64,000 bases of DNA from Phycisphaerae bacterium (GCA_963666835.2 CAXXGO010000001.1:992001-1056000), one strand, 5' to 3'. Shown: positions 1-9,709, counted from the first letter of the stretch. Made by a program: numbers and translations. Notes: generated by a model not told the origin, from the letters alone.

Positions 1-435
1 TTGCAGCGTTTCCCCTTCTTGCTCCGCACGGGCTCTCGCCTGCGTCGCCTCGTGCAGACGTGCCAGGCAGGCCCGTTTCTCGAATCGAAGGATCTCCAAC
101 GGCCTGCCTCCCGGCATCCTCCGGGCTAGCATCAGCTTGATGAACGTTTCGTTACGGATGTCGAGATTGGGCGTGGATGGCGCGTCCAGCCAAGCTTGAA
201 GCTCTGTGCGGCCGCGGTTGGTCAGGGAATATGCCTTCTTGTCGGGCCGATCCTCCTGGCTGACCACTTCTTGCTGGACCAGTCCGTCCCGCCGCAGCCG
301 ATCAAGCGTCGGATAGACCTGCCCGAAGTTTAACTTGACCATAGGGGCAAACGTCTCGTCATACAGGGCCTTCAGCTCGTAACCGTGCCGCGGCTCGTCC
401 GTGAGCAAACCCAGAATGGCGTATCTCAGCGACAG
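1..435 (-). CDS. PadR family transcriptional regulator (3' end outside window; apparent CTG start)
   Basis: Not in the ORF track. Manual translation from CTG at 435 gives (M)SLRYAILGLLTDEPRHGYELKALYDETFAPMVKLNFGQVYPTLDRLRRDGLV...RPDKKAYSLTNRGRTELQAWL, the classic PadR wHTH motifs. GGGAGG Shine-Dalgarno lies 9 nt upstream; the frame is open to base 1. Confidence 0.92.
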   Translation of the reverse strand, partial: MSLRYAILGLLTDEPRHGYELKALYDETFAPMVKLNFGQVYPTLDRLRRDGLVQQEVVSQEDRPDKKAYSLTNRGRTELQAWLDAPSTPNLDIRNETFIKLMLARRMPGGRPLEILRFEKRACLARLHEATQARARAEQEGETLQ

Positions 436-463
436 TTCGTTACGCCTCCCAGCCCGAATCTGC

Positions 464-530
464 TTGACAGACCGGGCCTTGACGATTATATATCATGTAT
501 ATATATACGTCATATATATGCCCGTGTCAA
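464..530. promoter_or_regulatory. AT-rich symmetric divergent promoter/operator region between padR and the methyltransferase operon
   Basis: TTGACG(479-484)-N17-TATATA(502-507)-N17-TGTCAA(525-530); extra TTGACA at 464-469; palindromes GTATATATATAC (497-508) and CATATATATG (511-520). Confidence 0.6.
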
Positions 531-688
531 ACGCTGGTGATCCGGATTCTCCAGAAAAACGCGGGGCAGGAATCGCGTCGTCGAGGAGCCAGGGGTCGAC
601 TTAGCAGCGAAGACCGTGCCGGCCGGTCCGTGGACGGCAGAACGAGAATGAGGAGAACCGCGGATTCTACTCACGAGGAACTGCAACC

Positions 689-1564
689 ATGAGCGACGAG
701 AGCAACAGCAGCATACACGAGGCCAACCGACGTTCCTGGAACGCTGCCACACTGGCGCACAACAGCCACAAGAAGGATCAGGCCGGATACCTACGCCGCG
801 GCGGAACTACCCTGTTCCCCGAAGAGACCGAGCTGCTGGGCGATGTCGCCCGCAGCCGAGTAGTGCATCTGCAATGTAATTCGGGCCAGGACACGCTCAG
901 CCTGGCCCGGCTCGGCGCGGATGTGACGGGGGTGGACATCAGCGATGAGGCGATCGACTTTGCCCAGAGACTCTCGGTCGAATCGGGACTGCCGGGGACT
1001 TTTTGCAGGGCCGACGTCTACGATTGGCTGACGTCGGCGCACCGGCGCGGCGAGCGCTATGACGTGGCGTTCTCGTCTTACGGAAGCATTTGCTGGCTCT
1101 CTGACCTGGAACACTGGGCGGAGGGAATCGCAGCCCTGCTCGTGGAAGGCGGCCGGTTGATCGTTATCGACTTCCACCCGGTCGCGTTGATGTTCGATGA
1201 GCATTTCCGGTTGACTTACCCGTACTTCAGCCCCGACGAGCCCTACAAGTGGGATGACGGGGTGTCCGACTACGTGGGCCGGGCGGGCTCTGCCCTGGCG
1301 CCGTCGGGATTCGAGGAGGGCGTGCGCGACTTTCAGAATCCGCACGCCGCCTACGAGTTTCAATGGAGCCTCAGCGCGATTCTGAGCGCCGTAATCGGTG
1401 CGGGAATGAGGATTGACCAGTTTCATGAGTACCCGTTTTTCAATGCGGCGAAACTATACGAAGAGATGCAGGAGGCGCCCGGCCGGCGCATGTACTTGCC
1501 GGAGGGCGCACCGACTGCTCCGCTGATGTTCGGGTTGGTCGCGTCGCGGCTTTCCGGGAACTGA
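689..1564 (+). CDS. Class I SAM-dependent methyltransferase
   Basis: Motif-I variant VVHLQCNSGQDTLSL, VTGVDIS, YDVAFSSYG; N-terminal NRRSWN typical of this subfamily; GAGG RBS. Confidence 0.88.
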   Translation: MSDESNSSIHEANRRSWNAATLAHNSHKKDQAGYLRRGGTTLFPEETELLGDVARSRVVHLQCNSGQDTLSLARLGADVTGVDISDEAIDFAQRLSVESGLPGTFCRADVYDWLTSAHRRGERYDVAFSSYGSICWLSDLEHWAEGIAALLVEGGRLIVIDFHPVALMFDEHFRLTYPYFSPDEPYKWDDGVSDYVGRAGSALAPSGFEEGVRDFQNPHAAYEFQWSLSAILSAVIGAGMRIDQFHEYPFFNAAKLYEEMQEAPGRRMYLPEGAPTAPLMFGLVASRLSGN

Positions 1565-1733
1565 GATCATGAGCAACCTCGACCTGAGCCATGAGAAGAT
1601 CGTGGTCGCGGATGGCTGCGGTGCCGGAGGATCTACCTTCGATGCGGGGAGCCAGCGTCGATAGCGTAGGGTGCTAATGTGGAAGCCGTCATATATGCCG
1701 GCGGCAAAGGGTCCGCGAATATCGAGATACGTC

Positions 1734-2816
1734 ATGAAGATGAAGGCCACACTCGTGTTGACATTCTGTATTGTGCTCGTGGGCGCAGTGCCGCTCTCTT
1801 GTGGAGAAGCCGAAACGCCTGAGCAACGCGGCAGCCTGCGCGTTGTTCGCGGAAGTGTCGAGGCGACGTCACTCGCCACGGGGCGGATCGTGCCCGCGTA
1901 CGAGACCGCCGTACGCTCGCCGATTGCCGGCGTAGTGGCAGAACGCTTGGTTGGGCTGGGCGACGAAGTCGAGGCCGGTGACCCACTCGTGCGGATTGCG
2001 AATGAGCCGACGGATTGGGAACTCCTCCAAGCTCAGCGGGACATCGAAGCGGCGCAGCTCACCGAAGAGGCTGCTCGTGAGTATATGGACGGCGAGCATC
2101 TTGCCTCCTGGCTGACGCGTCTTGTCTATGGCACCGCACAGCTTGACCGGATATTCCGCAGCGCTGATCTGGCCCGCCGGAAAGCCGAGGAGCGGCTGCT
2201 GTACCTCCGCACGGGTCGTCTGCGAGCCGGTCAATTCGAAATCGACATGATGGTGCGTTCACCGGTCGCAGGCCGGGTCATCGATTTGACCGTAATGCCG
2301 GGGCAGCAAGTCATCCCCACCGGTGCTTATCAGCCCGCTACGGAGATCGCCGTTATCGCTGACATGGATCGGCTGGAGTTTCGCGGAACGGTTAACGAGA
2401 TTGACGTGGGCCGACTTCGTTCCGGATTGGGGGCACAGATCCGGATTGGTGCTTTGCCGGGTACGCGGTTGAAAGGCACGGTCCGCGAGGTTGGGCTCAA
2501 AGCCAAAGAACTCGATCATGCCGTAGTGTTTGATGTGAGCCTCGCCGTTGAAAGCCAGGCGGATGACATGATTCGTGCCGGCTACTCCGCCACCGCGCAT
2601 ATCCGCATTGAACATCGGACGGACGTACTGGTCTTGCCGGAGCGTGTTGTGGAGTTTCGACAAGGCGGGGCCTTTGTGCGGATGTTCGACTCTGATGGCA
2701 GCGTGGTCGAGAAGCCAATTGTAGTTGGACTCAGCGATGGCCTAGTTATCGAAGTTGTGTCCGGGCTTGCCGAAGGGGCGGTAGTACTGGAGCGTCAGTT
2801 CCCCGGGATCGAGTAG
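1734..2816 (+). CDS. Periplasmic adaptor (MacA-like membrane fusion protein), probable lipoprotein
   Basis: Signal peptide ending VPLSC; lipoyl halves VRSPIAGVV / VRSPVAGRV; VNEIDVGRL; C-terminal VGLSDGLVIEVVSGL. Start at ATG 1734 preferred over 1671. Confidence 0.88.
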   Translation: MKMKATLVLTFCIVLVGAVPLSCGEAETPEQRGSLRVVRGSVEATSLATGRIVPAYETAVRSPIAGVVAERLVGLGDEVEAGDPLVRIANEPTDWELLQAQRDIEAAQLTEEAAREYMDGEHLASWLTRLVYGTAQLDRIFRSADLARRKAEERLLYLRTGRLRAGQFEIDMMVRSPVAGRVIDLTVMPGQQVIPTGAYQPATEIAVIADMDRLEFRGTVNEIDVGRLRSGLGAQIRIGALPGTRLKGTVREVGLKAKELDHAVVFDVSLAVESQADDMIRAGYSATAHIRIEHRTDVLVLPERVVEFRQGGAFVRMFDSDGSVVEKPIVVGLSDGLVIEVVSGLAEGAVVLERQFPGIE

Positions 2817-2829
2817 AGACGGTTTGCGT

Positions 2830-4065
2830 ATGTTGCTGGAAGCAGCCATTACGAACTTGGTGCAGGATGTGAGAACCCACAAGCTCAGGGCGGCGCTGAC
2901 CGTTTGCGGGATTGCCTGGGGCACGGTGGGGGTCGTTTTGCTCCTGGCGTTGGGGCAAGGCGTCAAGCAGCGCACGATGGCACGGCAGCACGGAATGGGC
3001 GACGGAATCGTCGTTATGTGGCCCGGGCGGACCACGCGCGCGTATGGTGGCCACGGCACGTGGCGCCCGATTCGATTGCGAGCCGAGGACATTCTGCGAC
3101 TGCCGGAGGAGATCCCCGAGCTCGAGACGGCCACGCCGGAATACCAATGGCAGGCAACGGTGGCGAACGGCTCGATTGCACGCAGCCTGCACGTTGCGGG
3201 CGTCTATCCGGCCTACCGCGATCTGCGACACATGTTCCCTCAGCCGGGTGGGCGATTCATCAACGACAAGGACCTGGCAGATCGTCGGCGCGTGGTCTTC
3301 CTCGGTGATCTGGCTGCTCGGGAGTTGTTCGGCGTGCGCGACCCGCTGGGCCGGAGCGTGCGCGTCGATCGCGAGATCTTCACCGTCATCGGGACCCTGC
3401 GCGCCAAACGCCAGGCCGGCAACTATGGCGGAGCCGACGCCTGGAAGGTGCTCATTCCGGCCAGCACGTTTAGAGCCGTATTCAACCAAGAGCGGCCTGA
3501 TGTCTTTGTATACCGTTCGGTCTCCCCGGCCCTGCACGAGGAGGCCTCGCACAAGGTCCGTGCAACGCTTGGAAGATGGTATCACTTCGATCCTGCTGAC
3601 CATGGGGCCCTCATCTCTTGGGATACGACGGAGTCCAATCGCTTCTGGAGGTACTTCTTCCGCGCCTTCAATGTGTTAATGGGAGTGAGCGGCACCTGTA
3701 CTCTGATCGTGGGTGGGATTGGCGTAGCCAGTCTCATGTACATCACGGTGCATGAGCGTACGCCCGAGATAGGGATCATGTTGGCAGTCGGGGCTCGGCC
3801 GCGGGACGTACTGGCTCAGTTTCTGCTCGAGGCCCTGTTGCTCACCCTGACCGGCGGCGCGGCGGGCCTGGCGATGGCTTGGCTGATTAAGACTTGGGTA
3901 GCCGGAGCGCCGTTTGCCGAACAGCTCGGCGCGCCGATGATCACGCCTTGGATCGTCGTCACCTCGATCCTCCTGCTCGGGGTCATCGGCACGATGGCCG
4001 GGTGGTTTCCAGCTCGTCAGGCCGCCGCCATGGACCCCGTGCAGGCTTTGGAGTACGCGCCGTGA
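2830..4065 (+). CDS. ABC transporter permease, MacB/FtsX type
   Basis: RAALTVCGIAWG TM1, GRFINDKD periplasmic motif, ERTPEIGIMLAVGA, PARQAAAMDPVQAL. Confidence 0.92.
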   Translation: MLLEAAITNLVQDVRTHKLRAALTVCGIAWGTVGVVLLLALGQGVKQRTMARQHGMGDGIVVMWPGRTTRAYGGHGTWRPIRLRAEDILRLPEEIPELETATPEYQWQATVANGSIARSLHVAGVYPAYRDLRHMFPQPGGRFINDKDLADRRRVVFLGDLAARELFGVRDPLGRSVRVDREIFTVIGTLRAKRQAGNYGGADAWKVLIPASTFRAVFNQERPDVFVYRSVSPALHEEASHKVRATLGRWYHFDPADHGALISWDTTESNRFWRYFFRAFNVLMGVSGTCTLIVGGIGVASLMYITVHERTPEIGIMLAVGARPRDVLAQFLLEALLLTLTGGAAGLAMAWLIKTWVAGAPFAEQLGAPMITPWIVVTSILLLGVIGTMAGWFPARQAAAMDPVQALEYAP

Positions 4066-5303
4066 TGGCACTGCTCGGGCAACATCTGGCGGATCTACGA
4101 CAGGAGCGCGGTAAGATTGCGCTGACTGTTCTAGGTGTGGTGTGGGGTACGCTTGCCATCACGATTCTTCTGGCATTCACCGAGAGCATCTTGCATGCCG
4201 TGCGGCAGGCGGAACAAGGTGTGGGTCCGGGGCTTGTGGTTGTGCGCGAGGGGGCGACGAGCCTGCCATACGAGGGGCTTCCACCAGGTCAGCCTGTCCG
4301 GTTGTCCGCGGCGGACGTTGAAGCCGTGCGGGCCGAGGTTGGAACGGCCGCGGAGGTCAGCGGCGAGTACTTCCTCAACGCCGTCGACGTGACGTGCGGA
4401 GAGAGCGTGCATCGCGCGTTTCTATCCGCAATCGAGCCCTCCTACGGATCGATTCGAAACTGTCACCCTGCACCCGGTGGTCGCTTCATTGATGAGTTGG
4501 ATCTGCTCTACCGCAGGAGGGTGGTCTTCATCGGCGATGAAATCGCGCATGAGCTCTTCGGCAGCGCCGACGCTGTGGGCAAAGCGGTGGTTATCCGGAG
4601 TGTCCCGTTTACCGTCGTCGGCGCGATGCAACCGAAGACGCAATGGAATTACTACGAGGCACCCGACTGCCGGCGCTTGTTCATTCCGTTTACGACCTTC
4701 ACCGCCCTGTGGGGTGAGCGGCCGGTTACCGCCCTCGTCTATCGGGCCGACCCGGGGCATGAATCCGGACGTGTGCAAGCCCGCATCCAGCAGCTTCTGG
4801 CGCGGCGTCATCGCTTCGACCCCGCGGACCGCTTCGGCCTGAGTGTCTGGGACGCGGCTGAAGCAGTGCAGGTGGCAGCCGACACGAGACGCGGCGTGCG
4901 TCTGTTCGTAGGACTGATCGGTACCATCACATTGATCATCGCCGGTCTGGGCGTCGGTAACGTCATGTATTCGCTGGTCAAGAGACGAACGCGAGAGATC
5001 GGAATAAAGATCGCGGTTGGTGCCCGACCACGCCAGATCACCACGTACTACCTGCTGGAAGGGCTGACGGTTGTTGCCGTCGGTGGAGCCGGCGGCCTGT
5101 TGTTCTCCTGGCTGATCATCGTTGTGCTGAATCATGTTCCCTTGCCGGACGATGCGCTGGCGTATTTCTGTCGGCCGGTTCTGTCGCCGTTCACGCTGAT
5201 CATCGTCAGCTTGGTTCTCGGAACGATCGGGCTTGGGGCGGGTCTGTTTCCTGCCCGAGCGGCGGCTTCAGTGGATCCCGCCCAGGCGTTGCGGCATGAG
5301 TGA
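4065..5303 (+). CDS. ABC transporter permease, MacB/FtsX type (second subunit)
   Basis: ALTVLGVVWG, GRFIDELD, RRTREIGIKIAVGA, PARAAASVDPAQALRHE; ATG overlaps the previous stop (TGATG). Confidence 0.92.
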   Translation: MALLGQHLADLRQERGKIALTVLGVVWGTLAITILLAFTESILHAVRQAEQGVGPGLVVVREGATSLPYEGLPPGQPVRLSAADVEAVRAEVGTAAEVSGEYFLNAVDVTCGESVHRAFLSAIEPSYGSIRNCHPAPGGRFIDELDLLYRRRVVFIGDEIAHELFGSADAVGKAVVIRSVPFTVVGAMQPKTQWNYYEAPDCRRLFIPFTTFTALWGERPVTALVYRADPGHESGRVQARIQQLLARRHRFDPADRFGLSVWDAAEAVQVAADTRRGVRLFVGLIGTITLIIAGLGVGNVMYSLVKRRTREIGIKIAVGARPRQITTYYLLEGLTVVAVGGAGGLLFSWLIIVVLNHVPLPDDALAYFCRPVLSPFTLIIVSLVLGTIGLGAGLFPARAAASVDPAQALRHE

Positions 5304-5318
5304 TCGGACCACTTTACC

Positions 5319-6047
5319 ATGATCGACCTCATCAATGCCTCGAAGACTTACTCGTTGGGCACCGAGCCTTTGCATGCTTTGGCTGAGGTGAGCCTGCGCG
5401 TGGCAAGCGGCGAGTTCATCGCGATTCTTGGTCCGTCGGGCTCCGGCAAATCCACGCTTATGCATATTCTCGGCTGCCTCGACACGCTCACTTCCGGCGA
5501 CTATCGCTTCCGGGGACGCCCAGTGTCCGGGCTGAGCGCGAACGAACTGGCCGCCATCCGAAACCGGCACATCGGGTTTGTGTTTCAAGGATTCCACCTG
5601 CTGCCTCGGGCCACGGCGATCCAGAACGTTCAATTGCCGCTCGTCTTCGCGGGCGTCAAACCGGGAATCCGCCGTGAGACCGCAGCGGACCTCCTGCGGC
5701 GAATGGGACTGGCGGATCGATCTGATCACCTGCCCGGCGCGCTGTCCGGCGGTGAGCGACAACGTGTGGCCATCGCGCGGGCGTTGGCAAACGCACCCGA
5801 TCTGCTGCTGGCAGACGAGCCGACCGGCAACCTCGACAGTCGGACAGGGGAACAGATTATCGCGTTGTTGCGCAAACTGGTTGATGAGCGGCAGCAGACG
5901 GTGGTGATGGTGACTCACGATGCGAAACACGCGTCCATGGCGGACCGCGTGATCAGCATGCGTGACGGCCGATTCGAGGACGACCAAATACTGCCCCGCG
6001 GTCGCTTCGCGGGTGAAGTGCTCAGCGATCTGGGTCAGTTGCCGTGA
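5319..6047 (+). CDS. ABC transporter ATP-binding protein (MacB/LolD type)
   Basis: Walker [40 protein letters not shown]. Confidence 0.96.
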   Translation: MIDLINASKTYSLGTEPLHALAEVSLRVASGEFIAILGPSGSGKSTLMHILGCLDTLTSGDYRFRGRPVSGLSANELAAIRNRHIGFVFQGFHLLPRATAIQNVQLPLVFAGVKPGIRRETAADLLRRMGLADRSDHLPGALSGGERQRVAIARALANAPDLLLADEPTGNLDSRTGEQIIALLRKLVDERQQTVVMVTHDAKHASMADRVISMRDGRFEDDQILPRGRFAGEVLSDLGQLP

Positions 6048-6196
6048 CAGAGCAGTCTGTATGTTCAAGGAGTTGCGTCTCGCCGCACGATTAGCCGCCA
6101 AGCAACTGGGGGCCGCTATAGAGGCGTGGATATAGAGAATCAGAAGGCACGCACGGTCACGGGGGACCCCGGCCGGTTAACGAAAGGAGCCTGAAG

Positions 6197-6748
6197 TTGC
6201 TAAGAGGAAAGCAGGTTACGCTTCGTATGTTCTCGGAATCCGACCTTGAGGAGCTGTCTGTCCTCGACGCCGACATCGCTGCCCGCGGGGAGCACTTCCC
6301 CCTCAGACTGCATCCACTGGAGGAAACGCGCACGCAGTTTCGGGGAACCGGCTGGTGGCAGGAAGACCAGGGGCGCATGGCCGTGACTGACCGGGAAGGC
6401 CGGCTGGTCGGTGCCATCGTGTTCTTCAAACCCTCGCCAATGTTGGCAGGCTATGAGATCGGCTACACGATCTTCCGTCCTACGGATCGCGGACGGGGCT
6501 ACGTGAGCGAGGCACTCTTGATCTTCTCGGCCTACCTATTCGAGCTCAAACCCATCCCCAGACTTCAACTGGGGATGTTTGCGGGGAACGCCGCCTCTCG
6601 CCGCGTGGCGGAGAAGTGTGGTTACCAGTATGAGGGCACGCAGCGCCAGGCGGGTTTTCTGCATGGGCATTACCAGGACCGCGAGACCTTCTCGCTACTA
6701 CGGAGCGATTGCCCTCCGTTGGCGGGCCTGGCGGCTGACGTGGAGTGA
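6197..6748 (+). CDS. GNAT N-acetyltransferase, RimJ/RimL type
   Basis: EIGY...RGRGYVSEAL, NAASRRVAEKCGYQYEG; AAAGGAG RBS before the TTG start. Confidence 0.88.
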   Translation: MLRGKQVTLRMFSESDLEELSVLDADIAARGEHFPLRLHPLEETRTQFRGTGWWQEDQGRMAVTDREGRLVGAIVFFKPSPMLAGYEIGYTIFRPTDRGRGYVSEALLIFSAYLFELKPIPRLQLGMFAGNAASRRVAEKCGYQYEGTQRQAGFLHGHYQDRETFSLLRSDCPPLAGLAADVE

Positions 6749-6770
6749 GAATAGCGAAAGGAGTTCTACC

Positions 6771-7784
6771 ATGATGCGGTTACGCATGTTGATTCCACTT
6801 ATGCTCGTCGGGTTCGCGCGCGCCGGCGAGTTGCCGAGTGAGCCCAGGCTGTTCGACACCGCTCCGCCCTTCAAGGAGGGCTATCTCAAGGTCGACGATG
6901 TGCATGAGATCTACTTTGCCTTGTTTGGTAACCCACAGGGGAAACCGGTGATGGTGCTGCACGGCGGGCCGGGGTCCGGAAGCTATCCGCGCCTGATGCA
7001 GTACTTCGATCCGCAGAAGTGGCTCATTGTGCTGCACGACCAGCGCGGCGCCGGCCGCAGCCGTCCCGCCGGCGAGCTCCGCGCCAACACGACGCAGCAC
7101 CTGGTCGCAGACATTGAGAAACTCCGCACCCACCTGGGGATCGAAGACAAGATGCTCATATTCGGCGGCTCCTGGGGCTCGGCACTGGCGCTGGCCTACG
7201 CCGAGGCGCACCCGGAGTTTGTTCGGGGCATGGTGTTGCGGGGAGTTTTCACGGCATCCGAAGCTGAGCCGCTCAACGGGTTTGTGGGACCGATGCCGCG
7301 GGCGTTCTTTCCCGACGCTGCCGCTGAGTTCGACGCGGCGCTGCCGGACAGTATGAAGCCGTTCACACCTCAGAAGTTGCTGGACCTCTTTGCCGGAGAC
7401 GACACTGCGGCGCAGCGTAGAGTTGCCGACGCCTGGATTCGCTGCGCGATCAAGACCGGCAAGATGCATACACCGGACGAGGAGGTGAACGCTGGTTGGG
7501 GCGATTTCGATCCTATTCCCGGAGCACGCATCGATTGCCACTACGCTGCCAACGGCTTCTTCGTGAAGGGCGATCAGCTTCTACGTGAAGCCCGGAGGTT
7601 GCAGAGTATTCCCACAATCATCATCAACGGGCGTTACGACGTGATCTGTCCGCCCATCACCGCGTGGCGCCTGCATCAGCAATTGCCGCAGTCAAAGGTG
7701 ATGATTATCGAAGAGGCGGGACACTTTGAAAGCGAACCCGGAACCACCCAGGCATTGCTTTCCGCGGTTAAGGAGTTTGAATAA
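6771..7784 (+). CDS. pip: Prolyl aminopeptidase (proline iminopeptidase, S33), with signal-peptide-like N-terminus
   Basis: LHGGPG, DQRGAGRS, nucleophile GGSWG, GRYDVICP (Asp), AGH (His); AAGGAG RBS before ATG 6771. Confidence 0.88.
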   Translation: MMRLRMLIPLMLVGFARAGELPSEPRLFDTAPPFKEGYLKVDDVHEIYFALFGNPQGKPVMVLHGGPGSGSYPRLMQYFDPQKWLIVLHDQRGAGRSRPAGELRANTTQHLVADIEKLRTHLGIEDKMLIFGGSWGSALALAYAEAHPEFVRGMVLRGVFTASEAEPLNGFVGPMPRAFFPDAAAEFDAALPDSMKPFTPQKLLDLFAGDDTAAQRRVADAWIRCAIKTGKMHTPDEEVNAGWGDFDPIPGARIDCHYAANGFFVKGDQLLREARRLQSIPTIIINGRYDVICPPITAWRLHQQLPQSKVMIIEEAGHFESEPGTTQALLSAVKEFE

Positions 7785-7859
7785 CGCACAACCGGGCATG
7801 TCGAGAGGTCCGGATAGGCTTCAGGACGGACGACCCGTAAGCAGGCGAGCAGCATCCGC

Positions 7860-8048
7860 TCACCGCGCCCTGTCACGGTGGGTGTCGCTACGTTTCTTAC
7901 TTGCGTTGGTCTCCGCCTCCCGTTGTCGTAACGCATTGACTGCCGATTCGAAACGGGGGCCGAGCCGCAGCGCCCGTTCATAATCCTTCATGGCCGGGCG
8001 GTACTTTCTGATAGCCGCTGACGCTTCTCCAAGGTTATTAAGCGCCCT
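7860..8048 (-). pseudogene. TPR-repeat gene remnant
   Basis: Minus-strand frame reads RALNNLGEASAAIRKYRPAMKDYERALRLGPRFESAVNAL, one degenerate TPR; an in-frame stop lies just upstream and no start codon precedes the TPR. Confidence 0.5.
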
Positions 8049-8154
8049 GGTTACCGCAGAGGCCTGCCGAGCCGGCGTCCTTCAAAAGCGTTCGTCGGCT
8101 ATCGATGTTGCTGTCGGTCTTCCGTGCTCAACGACTGTGCCCCCCCGGGCGGAA

Positions 8155-9363
8155 TTAGAATCTGATGTACGCGTACCCCTGAAGCTCGAGGTCAATGATT
8201 CGAGGGTAGGCGTTGGGCACGATCTTCACACCTGACAGGATGTCGTCCTCTGTCCAGCCGTGGCTCTTGATCGTTTGATCGCACACTTCCAAGACGATCC
8301 CCATTTCCAACAGTTGATTAACCAGCGCCCGATTGGGATTCTTCCCCTCGGTTTTGGCGTACGCTGTATATGCGCCGTCCTTCAACATCCAGTATGCGGC
8401 TTCCCCGTGGACAACGGCGACGATATGCAGATCGGCCGGCGAGGTCCCCATGGATCGGTATCCCTCGATGAGCTCCCGTACGCAGGCCAAGCCCGCGCCG
8501 ACGTTGTCCTTCCACTCATTCTGGTCGATTCGACATACGATCGCGATGTCCTTGCGCACGGTCAGAGTGGCGACGGTCTTCGGATCCGGAATCCAATACC
8601 ACGATTCGAAGATCTCTGCGCTTTTTGGCGAGCTTAGAAACTCGATGAACTGTGCCGCGGCGGGTTTGGTTTTGCCACGTTCGGTGAGGGCAGCGCTGCA
8701 GTAGCGATAGATTCTGTAGTCATCGCTCACTTCCACGATTCTCGCCCGATCCCTGAGCGGCATGTACCAGATGTTCCACGTGACATAGGCGTCAAGGTCC
8801 TGTCGTTCGTCCCATAGTCTCATTGCCGCGGTACTGTTTTGTGCGAAGACGGCGATGTTCTTGCGAAACGCACGGATCGTACGGATATCACCCTGTTTGC
8901 CGGCCATGTCTTCCCACAGCCCGGTTTGGCCCGAACCGCTCACCACCATCACCTTCACCCCCGGCTTCAACAGGTCGGGGAAGTCTGCAATGTGCTTGGG
9001 GTTGTCGGGGCGGACTAACACTGCTGACGGACGCATGTACAGGGTGGTTATCGAGGTTCTGTCAATGCCGAGGTCCTTGCGTTGCAGGAACTCGGTCATC
9101 ATGAACCCGGCGCTTGCAAAGACCACGTCCGCCTTCTCAGCCGCCTCCGCAAGCCATTCGTCCGGTGGCCCGGCCACCACGTTGACAGCAATGTTGTTGG
9201 CATCGGCGAACCACCCGGCCGCCTCTTGCATAGCCGGTTCCGGCCCTTCCGATCCGTAAACGTGCAACACCTCCTGAGCATGGACCTGGGCTCCCCCCAA
9301 GCTGCCTAGCGCCAGAAGCAAACCGAAGATCCGCCGCGATGGGCGGTTGATGTTTTTCCACAT
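8155..9363 (-). CDS. AcfC/PEB3-family substrate-binding protein fused to a C-terminal DsrE/DsrF-like domain
   Basis: Signal peptide (..VHA-QE); VYGSEGP, YMRPSAVLVRPDNPK, GQTGLWEDMAG, FRKNI (AcfC/PEB3-like); C-terminal VVHGEAA...LEVCDQT...IIDLELQGYAYI (DsrE-like). Confidence 0.75.
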   Translation of the reverse strand: MWKNINRPSRRIFGLLLALGSLGGAQVHAQEVLHVYGSEGPEPAMQEAAGWFADANNIAVNVVAGPPDEWLAEAAEKADVVFASAGFMMTEFLQRKDLGIDRTSITTLYMRPSAVLVRPDNPKHIADFPDLLKPGVKVMVVSGSGQTGLWEDMAGKQGDIRTIRAFRKNIAVFAQNSTAAMRLWDERQDLDAYVTWNIWYMPLRDRARIVEVSDDYRIYRYCSAALTERGKTKPAAAQFIEFLSSPKSAEIFESWYWIPDPKTVATLTVRKDIAIVCRIDQNEWKDNVGAGLACVRELIEGYRSMGTSPADLHIVAVVHGEAAYWMLKDGAYTAYAKTEGKNPNRALVNQLLEMGIVLEVCDQTIKSHGWTEDDILSGVKIVPNAYPRIIDLELQGYAYIRF

Positions 9364-9709
9364 GGCAAGTTTCCCTGTTCCTTTGTGGTGTATATGTGCG
9401 ACCTAGTTTCAAGCGATCGGGGAGAACCGGGGCTTCGGAATACAGCTCACCGGTGCTTCCCGTCGACCCATTCTGGGTCCGGGATGCGAACCGTGATCGT
9501 TGGCCGTGGGAGCACCTGGGTCGTGCGGTCTTCGAGGTCCTTCGAACGCATCAAAGAGCTGATCCATCTCCTGCCGAAAACTCCTGAATCTCGGCCATGT
9601 GTTCCATTGCGTTAACGTCTTACACTTCTCAACAGAACGTGTTTGCCAGTTACTTCAGCGGCCGGCCGCGACGCCGGCATCGCCATGGTTTGCTGCTTCG
9701 GTCATCTGG

